From positions 5 to 64,004 of the forward strand of contig CASEZK010000058.1 in NCBI GenBank assembly GCA_949292425.1: a stretch of DNA of 64,000 nt, in the 5' to 3' direction. Shown here piece by piece: positions 22,258-31,094 of this stretch. The notes beneath the pieces were generated by a model, which was not told the DNA's origin, ran no database searches, and saw only the letters and a list, made by a program, of their open reading frames with translations. Numbering within the stretch: the stretch's first letter is position 1; the number at the start of each line of letters is the position of its first letter. Source of the stretch: an uncultured Oscillospiraceae bacterium (GTDB lineage: Bacteria; Bacillota; Clostridia; Oscillospirales; Acutalibacteraceae). The translations under genes and the position numbers were made by a program.

Positions 22258-23091
22258 TTATTCCACTACTTCATCATCCGGTTTTTCAGCTAACACTTTC
22301 ACTTTGTCATTTCCGCTTTTTTGTAAAGCTTTACCCAAGTTTGCAAGTAAATCTATGATAAATATAGCTAGAAAATAATTCACAGTATTTGTAAAGTATT
22401 GCAAATCCAATGTATTTGTCTTTGATAAGAAAACAGTTTCAAAAACTATAAAAATAACACTCAAGTAGCCAAAAACGAAAAGCCCTCTCAATTTACCCGC
22501 ATTGTCAACGTTTGCAAATACTCTTGCTAGATTTAAAAGGAATAGCGTAACGAAAATTACTACTATTTCGTCCAACATTTCCCATGGGTAACGCGAAACA
22601 GAATTGTAAACCGAAAACCTTTCAAACAATTTTATTATACTCCAAACAACAGGAATTAAAACTAAAATCTCTCTATTTTTAAATATATTCTTGCCTATAA
22701 AGTAACATATGCCTATCATTACAAAAACTATTCCGGAAGCAATTCCGAATAAGGATAAAACAAGCTGCATAATATCTCTGTAGCCATTAATATAATTTAA
22801 TAGTTTTGTAATAGATTCAGCCCCTAAAAATACGCCAACCAGCAATGAAAAAATAGACGTACTCACGTTTTTCTTCACAGTAAAGCTAAAATTCTTTGGC
22901 CACTTGATGCAATAGCCCATTACAATAAGAACAACTGCTAAAAATAAAAGCGAAAAAAAGCAAACGGCATTACACACAAAATCTGAATTTCCGAAAATAC
23001 TGTTAAGCTTGCCAGTTGCTTGTAAGATAAACATAACCGCAAGTAAAACCAATGATATAAAAACTAGAATTTTTAAATGTTTCATTTTCAT
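22258..23091 (-). CDS. hypothetical polytopic membrane protein
   Basis: ATG after the aggag RBS. About 8 hydrophobic segments and no recognisable motif. Confidence 0.55.
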   Translation of the reverse strand: MKMKHLKILVFISLVLLAVMFILQATGKLNSIFGNSDFVCNAVCFFSLLFLAVVLIVMGYCIKWPKNFSFTVKKNVSTSIFSLLVGVFLGAESITKLLNYINGYRDIMQLVLSLFGIASGIVFVMIGICYFIGKNIFKNREILVLIPVVWSIIKLFERFSVYNSVSRYPWEMLDEIVVIFVTLFLLNLARVFANVDNAGKLRGLFVFGYLSVIFIVFETVFLSKTNTLDLQYFTNTVNYFLAIFIIDLLANLGKALQKSGNDKVKVLAEKPDDEVVE

Positions 23092-23195
23092 ATAAAACAC
23101 TCCTAAAAATAAAAATTTAAGATATTGCATATATATTTTACTTCTTAAAAAAAAAATTGTAAATAGTTATATTAACAAAAAGGGAGAAAAAACTC

Positions 23196-24192
23196 ATGAA
23201 ACAAAAAATTATTTTACTCTTAATCTTATTTATTTTTATGATAATTACGCCTGTTTTCGCTTTAAATGGTAACTTCAAGGTTGATATACCAAACATAAAA
23301 AAATATACTACAAAATGTCAATTTATCAAAAAACAAAACTAATGACGATAAGTTTAAAGTACTAGATAAATCAAACGGCGAAATAATTGATGTAAATGTA
23401 CGAAAATTTTTGTGCTTGAGTGTTGCTTGCGAGATGTCACCCTTAAATGAGATTGAAGCTTTAAAGGCACAAACGGTAGCCGCTTACACTTACTTTAAAA
23501 ACTTACAAGAAAATCAAAAAAATAAGCCAGACGATGACCTAAAAGGCTGTGATTTTAGCGTTGATTCAAAAAATCGAATTTACTATATGACTCCCGAAAT
23601 GCTAAAAGAGCGATGGCAAGAGAATTTTGAGAAATATTACGATAAAATGATGAAAATAGTCGACAGTGTCTATGGTGAAAGTCTCAAACAGAACGGTAAA
23701 TATATTGAAGCTCTTTATCATTCCATATCTAGCGGAAATACTGAAAATTTAGAGGACGTTTTCGGAGGAAATGCAGATTATTTAGTGTCTGTGCCGAGCC
23801 CTTACGACCTTTCAGCTCCAGGTTATCAAAGCAAAAAAGAATTGTCACTAGATGAATTTAAAACAATTGCGCAAAATAAATTTCAATCAAATTTTAATGA
23901 TGATGTTAACTCATGGATGCACGAAAATGAACGTACTCAGGCCGGAATGATAAAATCCATTAACATTGGTGACAAAACTGTTAATGGTAGACAGGTAAGA
24001 GAAGCTTTCGCACTCCGCTCTTCAAACTTCACCATAAAAATTTGCGATGATAAAGTTATATTCACAGTAAAAGGATACGGTCACGGTGTTGGTATGAGTC
24101 AATATGGTGCAAACGAGATGGCAAAACAGGGCGCATCTTATAAGCAAATCTTGTCTTGGTATTACCCCAACACAAGCCTTGAAAAGGAATAA
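23196..24192 (+). pseudogene. spoIID: SpoIID/LytB-domain protein (stage II sporulation protein D-like), frameshifted in an A7 run
   Basis: The signal-peptide ORF starting at 23196 stops at about 23345. The catalytic body ([12 protein letters not shown]...[13 protein letters not shown]) is in another frame from about 23299. An A7 tract at 23296-23302 joins the two. Confidence 0.7.
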
Positions 24193-24278
24193 AATCAGCA
24201 TAAATGTATAAAGCTTTTTGCACAAGCGCATACTGATTTTAGCAAAAGTAAAACTTGAATTTTGAAGGAGAAAAAATA

Positions 24279-25664
24279 ATGAATACAAGTATACAAAAAG
24301 TAAAAGCATTGGAAATCCTTGATTCTAGGGGATTTCCTACAGCATGGGCTTCAGTGACGTTTTCAGATGGAACCTGCGATAGTGCTAGTGTACCGTCCGG
24401 TGCATCTGTGGGCAAAAATGAGGCGCTTGAATTAAGAGACCAAAATAGCAAGCGTTTTTTTGGAAAAGGCGTGACAACCGCCGTAAAAAATATTAATGAA
24501 ATTATTTCTCCCGCCTTATCCAGGCTAAAAAATCCAGATTTGTGGAGTGTAGATAATTTATTAATGGAACTTGACGGTACCAAAAACAAGTCAAACTTAG
24601 GTGCAAACGCAACGTTAGCTGTATCTATGGCTTTTGCGAAAACTGCTTCAAAATTTTACAACATGCCCCTGTTTAGATATCTGGGTGGATTTTCCTCAAA
24701 GAAAATGCCAACACCAATGATGAATATTTTAAATGGAGGCGTGCACGCTTCAAACAATGTGGATATACAAGAATTTATGATAGTTCCGACAGGATCTAGT
24801 AGTTTTCAAGAAGGACTACGTTGGTGCAGTGAAATATATCATACATTAGGGAGTATATTGAGAAGCAATGGCTATGAAACATCTGTTGGAGATGAGGGCG
24901 GTTACGCGCCAAACTTTCCTTCCGATGAAGAAGCTATTGAGGTTATAATCTCAGCTATAAATCAAGCCGGATATAGCACAAATGAAGTGAAAATTGCTCT
25001 GGACGCGGCTAGCAGCCAATGGCATTTTGGAAACAACTATACGATGTTGAAAAGGCAGAAATCATTTACAAGCCAAGAACTAGTTGATTTCTGGGACAAC
25101 TGGTGCGAGAAGTATCCTATTATTTCGATAGAAGATGGAATGTCCGAAGAAGACTTCGATGGGTGGGCTATATTGACTGAAACTCTGGGTAGCCGAATAC
25201 AGCTAGTTGGGGACGATTTATTCGTTACAAATTCAGAAAAGTTAAAACATGGCGCCAAACAAAATCTTGCAAATTCAATATTAATTAAGCCAAATCAAAT
25301 AGGGACATTATCAGAAACATTTGAAACAATCGAAACCGCAAAATCTCTAGGGTATAGCACTGTAGTGTCGCATCGCTCGGGTGAGACGGAAGATACTTCC
25401 ATAGCAGATATCGCTGTTGCTTCCAGCAGCTGGTTAATAAAATCAGGTGCGCCATGTCGAAGCGAAAGAGTCGCTAAGTACAACCGTTTACTTGAGATTG
25501 AGTCTATGCTTAAAACGGAGGATACACAAAAAACTTTTTTTAACAAAAGAAGTGAATTTATAAAAAATTATAATTTTTTTAACGATAAAAGAGAAAAACA
25601 ACATTCTACCTTTCAAAGCAAAGGAATGAATAAACCAAAGCACGGATATTTGCTAGAAGTATGA
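24279..25664 (+). CDS. eno: enolase (divergent, with C-terminal extension)
   Basis: Contains ILDSRGFPT, SHRSGETEDT and RSERVAKYNRLLEIE. ATG follows the gaaggag RBS. Confidence 0.88.
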   Translation: MNTSIQKVKALEILDSRGFPTAWASVTFSDGTCDSASVPSGASVGKNEALELRDQNSKRFFGKGVTTAVKNINEIISPALSRLKNPDLWSVDNLLMELDGTKNKSNLGANATLAVSMAFAKTASKFYNMPLFRYLGGFSSKKMPTPMMNILNGGVHASNNVDIQEFMIVPTGSSSFQEGLRWCSEIYHTLGSILRSNGYETSVGDEGGYAPNFPSDEEAIEVIISAINQAGYSTNEVKIALDAASSQWHFGNNYTMLKRQKSFTSQELVDFWDNWCEKYPIISIEDGMSEEDFDGWAILTETLGSRIQLVGDDLFVTNSEKLKHGAKQNLANSILIKPNQIGTLSETFETIETAKSLGYSTVVSHRSGETEDTSIADIAVASSSWLIKSGAPCRSERVAKYNRLLEIESMLKTEDTQKTFFNKRSEFIKNYNFFNDKREKQHSTFQSKGMNKPKHGYLLEV

Positions 25665-25740
25665 GACCAAGCTTTAACTTGACAGTTTAATGAATTTATT
25701 ATAAAATAGTTTGTGAATTTAATAAATGCGGGGTGTATTT

Positions 25741-25893
25741 ATGAAAAAGTGTAATAAATTTAGTATATTGATTGCAATAGCTGCCACAGCTGCTACTATT
25801 GCCGCTGCAGTTGCTACAGCTATTGTTTACTTTGAGAAAAAGAGAAAAGACGAAGAAGAACTTGAAAAGTATCTGGATTACTCAATAATATAA
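25741..25893 (+). CDS. hypothetical 50-aa single-TM protein (hand-translated)
   Basis: Sequence MKKCNKFSILIAIAATAATIAAAVATAIVYFEKKRKDEEELEKYLDYSII, followed by a terminator. Confidence 0.4.
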   Translation: MKKCNKFSILIAIAATAATIAAAVATAIVYFEKKRKDEEELEKYLDYSII

Positions 25894-25974
25894 ATCTGAA
25901 ATAATTAATGGCCGCTAATTGCTGTATTTTTATTAGATTGTTTGAAAAAATTTCAATTGAATTTCTCTTAAAAA

Positions 25975-25999
25975 ACAGCCACTTATGTGGCTGTTTTTG
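25975..25999 (+). terminator. intrinsic terminator
   Basis: acagccac-ttat-gtggctgt stem followed by TTTTT. Confidence 0.65.
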
Positions 26000-26097
26000 C
26001 ATTTTAATGCAACTTTTAAAATTTGGGTCCAAGCGTATAATAAAGACAAAGTTATACATTCTACAAAAATATTTTTAAATTTATCGTTTCTATATAT

Positions 26098-26125
26098 TTG
26101 AATTTATTTACTTTATGTGTATAAT
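26098..26125 (+). promoter_or_regulatory. candidate promoter of tyrS
   Basis: TTGAAT, 16-nt spacer, TATAAT. Confidence 0.45.
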
Positions 26126-26198
26126 ATATTTGTTTAATATTCAAAAATATAAAAAGTCAGTATCCGTAATTTAAAATACAAATGCAGGAGGAACCTTT

Positions 26199-27449
26199 AT
26201 GAAAACCTACGAGGAACTACAAAAAAGAGGACTAATAGCTCAAGTTACTAACGAAAAACAAATAAAAAATCTTCTTGACAGCCGCAAAATTAAATTTTAC
26301 ATAGGCTTTGACCCCACTGCTAACAGTCTCCATGTTGGACACTTTGCGCAAATGATGATAATGTCGCATCTTCAAAAAGCCGGCCATACGCCTATCATAC
26401 TATTTGGTGGCGGAACAGCTATGATTGGTGATCCTTCGGGTAAGTCTGATATGAGAAAGATGTTGTCTAAAGAAGAAATAGATTATAATATATTTTGCTT
26501 TGAGAAGCAAATGGCAAAATTCATTTCATTTAAAAACGATAAAGCAATTATGATCAACAACGCTTCTTGGTTGTGGCATTTAAACTATATAGATTTCCTC
26601 CGAAATATCGGTATTCACTTTAATGTAAACAAAATGTTGTCATCCGAATGTTACAAACAACGGTTATCCAGAGGTCTTTCATTTTTCGAAATTAACTATA
26701 TGCTTATGCAAAGTTATGACTTTTTAGTGTTGAGTGATAAATATAACTGCCAGCTTGAACTCGGTGGCGATGACCAGTGGAGCAATATCTTAGGTGGTAT
26801 AGACCTTATTCGCAAAAAAAGAAAAAAAGATGTTTATGGAATGACTTTTAACCTTTTAACCACCAGCGAAGGCAAAAAAATGGGTAAAACTGAAAAAGGT
26901 GCCCTCTGGCTAGATCCGAACAAAACTTCTCCGTACAACTTTTATCAATACTGGAGGAACATAGATGATAAAGATATAGCGAAATGCTTGAAAATGTTAA
27001 CCTTTTTGCCACTTGCACAAATACAAGAGCTTTCAAAACTTGAAGGCAGTAAAATAAACTACGCAAAAGAAATTTTAGCTTTTGAAGTTACTAAATCTGT
27101 ACATGGTAAAGAAGAAGCAAAAAAAGTTCAAAATGGCACAAGAGCTATCTTTACTAAATGTACTTGTTCAGGCAGTATTCCAAATGTAAAAATATCTAAA
27201 AATGATTTTTCATCTAGTAAAATTTCAATTATCAAGCTGTTGCTTATAACAAAACTTTCTAAATCTAACAGCGAAGCTAGGCGTCTCATAGAGCAAGGTG
27301 GAATATCTATATTAGATAATAATAAATACAAAAAAATAGACTCTATAAATAAAGAGTTCTTCATAAAAGATTTTATTAATCCAGTTATAATAAGAAAAGG
27401 TAAAAAAGTTCACTTAAAAATAGAACTAGTAACTCATTATTTTAAATAA
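26199..27449 (+). CDS. tyrS: tyrosine--tRNA ligase
   Basis: HVGH (HIGH) and KMGKT (KMSKS) motifs, with a C-terminal S4-like domain. Confidence 0.93.
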   Translation: MKTYEELQKRGLIAQVTNEKQIKNLLDSRKIKFYIGFDPTANSLHVGHFAQMMIMSHLQKAGHTPIILFGGGTAMIGDPSGKSDMRKMLSKEEIDYNIFCFEKQMAKFISFKNDKAIMINNASWLWHLNYIDFLRNIGIHFNVNKMLSSECYKQRLSRGLSFFEINYMLMQSYDFLVLSDKYNCQLELGGDDQWSNILGGIDLIRKKRKKDVYGMTFNLLTTSEGKKMGKTEKGALWLDPNKTSPYNFYQYWRNIDDKDIAKCLKMLTFLPLAQIQELSKLEGSKINYAKEILAFEVTKSVHGKEEAKKVQNGTRAIFTKCTCSGSIPNVKISKNDFSSSKISIIKLLLITKLSKSNSEARRLIEQGGISILDNNKYKKIDSINKEFFIKDFINPVIIRKGKKVHLKIELVTHYFK

Positions 27450-27857
27450 TTGATTAATGGTTCACATGTCCAAAATACTTACGTACAATCATAACATTGC
27501 TTGAAATGATCATAGTGTTAACTGTCTCAAGATGTTTGACTTTCATTTTATTCAAGACTAAGGGAATTAATTACTTAGTATCATTAAAAGGGTTAAAATA
27601 TTCTTTAGTTCTAAAGCTTGTACATAATTTGATTTTCTTTTTCTCTTATACTTTTGTATTGTTGCAATATTTAAACTCACTGTATTTGCATAATATCTTT
27701 TAAAAGATGTCCAGTTTAGTTGGGGTAGCCAAAGAGACAAAAGATCTAAAGGTTGAACCAAGAGAAATCTAGCACATTGAGATGTATTCGATACGCTTGA
27801 CTTACAGCTGTTGTGTTCCCAACGTCAAATGTGTGTTTATGATTTCTTATAAACGCT

Positions 27858-27886
27858 TTGATTTTTTTGAAACAATGTGATAAAAT
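27858..27886 (+). promoter_or_regulatory. candidate promoter of the ferredoxin gene
   Basis: TTGATT, 17-nt spacer, TGaTAAAAT. Confidence 0.45.
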
Positions 27887-27915
27887 ATATTTATTAAACT
27901 TAACGGAGGTGCTTT

Positions 27916-28089
27916 ATGGCTTACAAAATTAACGATGAGTGTATATCATGCGGAGCATGCGAAGCACAATGCCCCGTTGGTGCAATTTCTGAAGGTGAAG
28001 GAAGATACGTAATAGACCCTGAAATTTGTATCGATTGTGGTGCATGTGCTGGTGTTTGCCCTGTTAGTGCTCCTAATCCAGCTGAATAA
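27916..28089 (+). CDS. fdx: 2x[4Fe-4S] clostridial-type ferredoxin (57 aa, hand-translated)
   Basis: Sequence MAYKINDECISCGACEAQCPVGAI...CIDCGACAGVCPV, preceded by a ggagg RBS. Confidence 0.9.
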   Translation: MAYKINDECISCGACEAQCPVGAISEGEGRYVIDPEICIDCGACAGVCPVSAPNPAE

Positions 28090-28120
28090 TAGCGCGTATT
28101 ATTTGCTTTCAATGAAATTT

Positions 28121-28146
28121 AAGGCGAGGATTTCTCGCCTTATTTT
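28121..28146 (+). terminator. intrinsic terminator
   Basis: aaggcgag...ctcgcctt stem followed by a T-run. Confidence 0.65.
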
Positions 28147-28172
28147 AATATAAAACTATGCGGAGATTCTTT

Positions 28173-28922
28173 ATGACAAATGAAAAATTAGAACAACTCG
28201 GAAATGGCATATCAGTTATAGTGTCGGATGAACACAAATTTTCTACAGATACGCTGCTTCTAGCGGATTTTGCTTACCCTAAAAAATATGAAAAAGCAGC
28301 AGAATTCGGGACAGGCTGTGGCACAATTCCTCTTTTCTGGCACACCAAAACTCCACCAAAATTTACAACAGCAATTGAGATTCAAAAAAATGCATTTAAC
28401 CTTGCTAAACGTTCCGTAGAGCTTAATAATTTATCAGACAGAATTGAAGTTGTGCATTCTGATATAAAAAATTATGACCTCAAAAATTACAAGCATTCAT
28501 ATGATTTGGTCGTCTGTAACCCGCCGTATAAAGCTGTGGGTAGAGGTTTGCTTAATGACTCGGTACATAAAAAAATAGCACGGCATGAGCTTGTTTGTTC
28601 TACAGACGACGTAGTAAAAGTGGCCGAAAAATTTTTAAATTTCGGTGGTAGGCTTTGCATTTGCCAAAGAAGCGAACGGCTTTGTGATGTGATGCTTTCA
28701 ATGAGAAAAAACAATATAGAACCAAAGAGGTTAAGGTTTGTACAGCAGCGGTGCACATCATTACCTAAGCTTTTTCTTTTGGAAGGAAAAAGAGGCAGAA
28801 ACCCTGGTCTTGTTGTGATGCCAGCTTTAATCATGGAAGATGACAATGGAAATAAATCTGATGAGCTAAAAAAAATTTATGAATTTTATATGGAAAGCGG
28901 AGAAAATAAAAATGATTGGTAA
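28173..28922 (+). CDS. SAM-dependent methyltransferase, tRNA (adenine-N6)-methyltransferase-like (YabB/TrmN6 type)
   Basis: CNPPY motif and a GTGCG SAM loop. Sits upstream of rsmI, as yabB-yabC does in Bacillus. Confidence 0.75.
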   Translation: MTNEKLEQLGNGISVIVSDEHKFSTDTLLLADFAYPKKYEKAAEFGTGCGTIPLFWHTKTPPKFTTAIEIQKNAFNLAKRSVELNNLSDRIEVVHSDIKNYDLKNYKHSYDLVVCNPPYKAVGRGLLNDSVHKKIARHELVCSTDDVVKVAEKFLNFGGRLCICQRSERLCDVMLSMRKNNIEPKRLRFVQQRCTSLPKLFLLEGKRGRNPGLVVMPALIMEDDNGNKSDELKKIYEFYMESGENKNDW

Positions 28923-29754
28923 ATTGATTATTGTTGGTACACCTATAGGCAACTTGCAAGATTTTTCACAAAGAGCTATCGAGACCTTAAAAAGTGTAGA
29001 CTTTATAGCGGCAGAAGATACCAGAGTCACTCTTAAGCTTTTAAATCATTTCAATATCAAGAAGCCTCTTACAAGCTACTTTGAGCATAGCGATAAACAA
29101 AAAGCTGAATTTATTTGTACAAGAATTTTAAACGGCGAAACTTGTGCATTGGTCTCAGATGCCGGAATGCCTGCTATATCTGATCCCGGTGAAAAGCTTG
29201 TTAGACTTTGCGAAGAAAAATGCATACCCGTAACTGTAATACCAGGCCCCAGTGCATTTACAGCTGCGTTGTGCATATCCGGAATCTCAAGCGGAAGGTT
29301 TACTTTTGAGGGATTTTTAAGCGTAAATAAAAAAAGTCGCAGAGAGCATTTAAATGAATTAAAATTTGAAAAGCGCACCATGATTTTTTATGAGGCACCG
29401 CACAAACTTAAAAATACCATACGTGATTTATACGACACTTTAGGAGACCGAAAAATCGCAATCGTCAGAGAACTCACCAAAATACACGAAGAAGTTATAA
29501 GGACTACGTTGCAAGGGGCTTGTAATATGTTAGAAAGTACAGTGCTCAAAGGTGAAATAGTAATAATAGTGGAGGGCTTTAGCAAAGCCGAAGTAACTAC
29601 AGTTTCAAAAGATGATGCTGTGAAAACAGTAGATAAATTTTTAAACGAAAAATTAAGCCTGTCGCAGGCTACTAAGCTTGCAGCTAAGGAAACCGGCCTT
29701 TCTAAAAGCGAACTTTACAGACTTTTTCTAAATAAAAATTATTTTTGTAAGTAG
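28912..29754 (+). CDS. rsmI: 16S rRNA (cytidine1402-2'-O)-methyltransferase
   Basis: Sequence GKLIIVGTPIGNLQDFSQRAIETL...AAEDTR. Confidence 0.9.
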   Translation: MIGKLIIVGTPIGNLQDFSQRAIETLKSVDFIAAEDTRVTLKLLNHFNIKKPLTSYFEHSDKQKAEFICTRILNGETCALVSDAGMPAISDPGEKLVRLCEEKCIPVTVIPGPSAFTAALCISGISSGRFTFEGFLSVNKKSRREHLNELKFEKRTMIFYEAPHKLKNTIRDLYDTLGDRKIAIVRELTKIHEEVIRTTLQGACNMLESTVLKGEIVIIVEGFSKAEVTTVSKDDAVKTVDKFLNEKLSLSQATKLAAKETGLSKSELYRLFLNKNYFCK

Positions 29755-29769
29755 ACTGTTTTAAATCAT

Positions 29770-29803
29770 AAAAAGCCACATCAACACCGAGTATTGATGC
29801 GGC
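29770..29803 (-). terminator. intrinsic terminator of rnpB
   Basis: On the minus strand, a gccgcatcaa...ttgatgtggc stem followed by TTTTT. Confidence 0.6.
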
Positions 29804-29808
29804 CTTAT

Positions 29809-30150
29809 GTGACTAAATCTATAAGCCGAGTTCTGTTGAAAGCAGTCATCTATCTTGGCCAAATGTCACCATTCAGCTCAGTGCCACCTTTAAGACATAC
29901 CGAGCAGGCACATAAATGTCTTATTTGCGGTGTTGCTCCAGATAGGGTTTACATAGCCACACAGTCTCCTATGCGCTGGTGAGCTCTTACCTCGCCTTTC
30001 CATCCTTACCAAAGTTGGCGGTATATTTCTGTTGCACTATCCCTAGGGTTGCCCCCGGCGGCCGTTAGCCGTTATCTTGCTCTGTGGAGCTCGGACTTTC
30101 CTCGCGTACACCCTTTCGGTAAAGTACCCGCGACTGCTCAATTTACTCAC
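29809..30150 (-). ncRNA. rnpB: RNase P RNA (ends approximate)
   Basis: The minus strand contains the universally conserved GAGGAAAGTCCGAGCTC and ACAGAACTCGGCTTA blocks. A P1-like pairing gtgagtaaat/atttagtcac closes the structure. The stretch is locally GC-rich in an AT-rich genome. Confidence 0.88.
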
Positions 30151-30227
30151 AGAATAATTTTAACATTATATTTTAGTTTTGTCAAAATATAAAATGATAT
30201 ATCGTATTCCAAATAATAAGTATTAAT

Positions 30228-30422
30228 CTAACTACGTGGTCTTTTTTCGTTAAAATTGTGCTTTATAGAGTTGATTTCATGAAAGCTTTGTGTGTTTTTA
30301 TGAGTACCAAAATGTTGGGTGTTATCTATACTTGTATAATTATAAGATAACCCTCCAGAAATTCCACCTAAACTGTCTTCTATCAATTCTATTATATCAT
30401 TCTTTTTATTATCCTTTTCCAT
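30228..30422 (-). CDS. 64-aa peptide with double-glycine leader (…IIELIEDSLGGISGG) and Asn/Thr/Ser/His-rich, Cys-free core
   Basis: RBS aaaggag 9 nt upstream. The gene lies 27 nt downstream of the GNAT gene on the same strand. Confidence 0.55.
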   Translation of the reverse strand: MEKDNKKNDIIELIEDSLGGISGGLSYNYTSIDNTQHFGTHKNTQSFHEINSIKHNFNEKRPRS

Positions 30423-30449
30423 CTTTTTAAACTCCTTTCATATTTAAAG

Positions 30450-31025
30450 TCAATTTAAAATTTTATAATATAGAGCAGCATCACATTTACAAGGGCCGTT
30501 GCACTCTACGCAAGTATAGTTTTTGTCGTTTTCCCAAATTCTATGTACAGTTTTAAAGAAGGTAAATCCTGACTTTAAAAGTACATTTTCAACAGGAACA
30601 TAACTGCCTCTTTTCCAAGCGGGACACCATGCTGCTTTATACCCTATTTTTTGAGCTTTGTCCAAGGTTCTGTTAAACAAATTATATCCTAGTCCCATTT
30701 TTTCACAATCTTTTCTAAGTGCCATGGATTTAGTGTGGCATATGGAACTGTCGGACCCTGTTACAGAAATTAGTTCTTGCTTAGGTATTTTAAAGTCCTT
30801 TTCAGCACTATTCATATTATCTTCAAAGAATAAACAGTAGCCCAGTACATTGCCGTTTTCATCCAAGGCTAATGTGCACATTTCGTTATCACAATTCACA
30901 TGATCTAAAATTTTTTTTCTATCTATATAATTTTCTCCAAATCTGCCAACGGCGACATTTATCATATCGTCCAAATACTCGTTTACAAAATTTGAATAGG
31001 TAACATTTTTTACCTGAGTCATCAT
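30450..31025 (-). CDS. GNAT-family N-acetyltransferase with C-terminal Cys cluster (CVECNGPCKC)
   Basis: GNAT-like beta4/motif A region (ALDENGNVLGYCLF ... RKDCEKMGLGYNLF). An RBS is present. Confidence 0.65.
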   Translation of the reverse strand: MMTQVKNVTYSNFVNEYLDDMINVAVGRFGENYIDRKKILDHVNCDNEMCTLALDENGNVLGYCLFFEDNMNSAEKDFKIPKQELISVTGSDSSICHTKSMALRKDCEKMGLGYNLFNRTLDKAQKIGYKAAWCPAWKRGSYVPVENVLLKSGFTFFKTVHRIWENDKNYTCVECNGPCKCDAALYYKILN

Positions 31026-31045
31026 TTCTCATCCTTTTCTTTTGT

Positions 31046-31079
31046 TCTGGCTCTGTGTCATTAACACCACAGAGCCAGA
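31046..31079 (-). other. perfect 12-bp intercistronic stem-loop between the large gene and the GNAT gene
   Basis: tctggctctgtg / cacagagccaga with a 10-nt loop and no T-run. Confidence 0.5.
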
Positions 31080-31094
31080 TATAACGTAATAATA

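Noticed and set aside
26000-26198. Expected T-box riboswitch upstream of tyrS (also checked upstream of proS, 46169-46290)
   Set aside because: The leaders are only about 75-120 nt after the candidate promoters. They lack the T-box consensus, specifier loop and terminator/antiterminator pair.
27450-27857. ORFs 27497-27703 (+) and 27567-27761 (-) in the tyrS-ferredoxin spacer; possible mobile-element remnant
   Set aside because: The two ORFs mutually overlap, have no RBS and carry no recognisable motif. The region may be decayed DNA, but I cannot assign it.
29794-29982. 62-aa ORF on the + strand
   Set aside because: It lies entirely within the RNase P RNA gene on the opposite strand.
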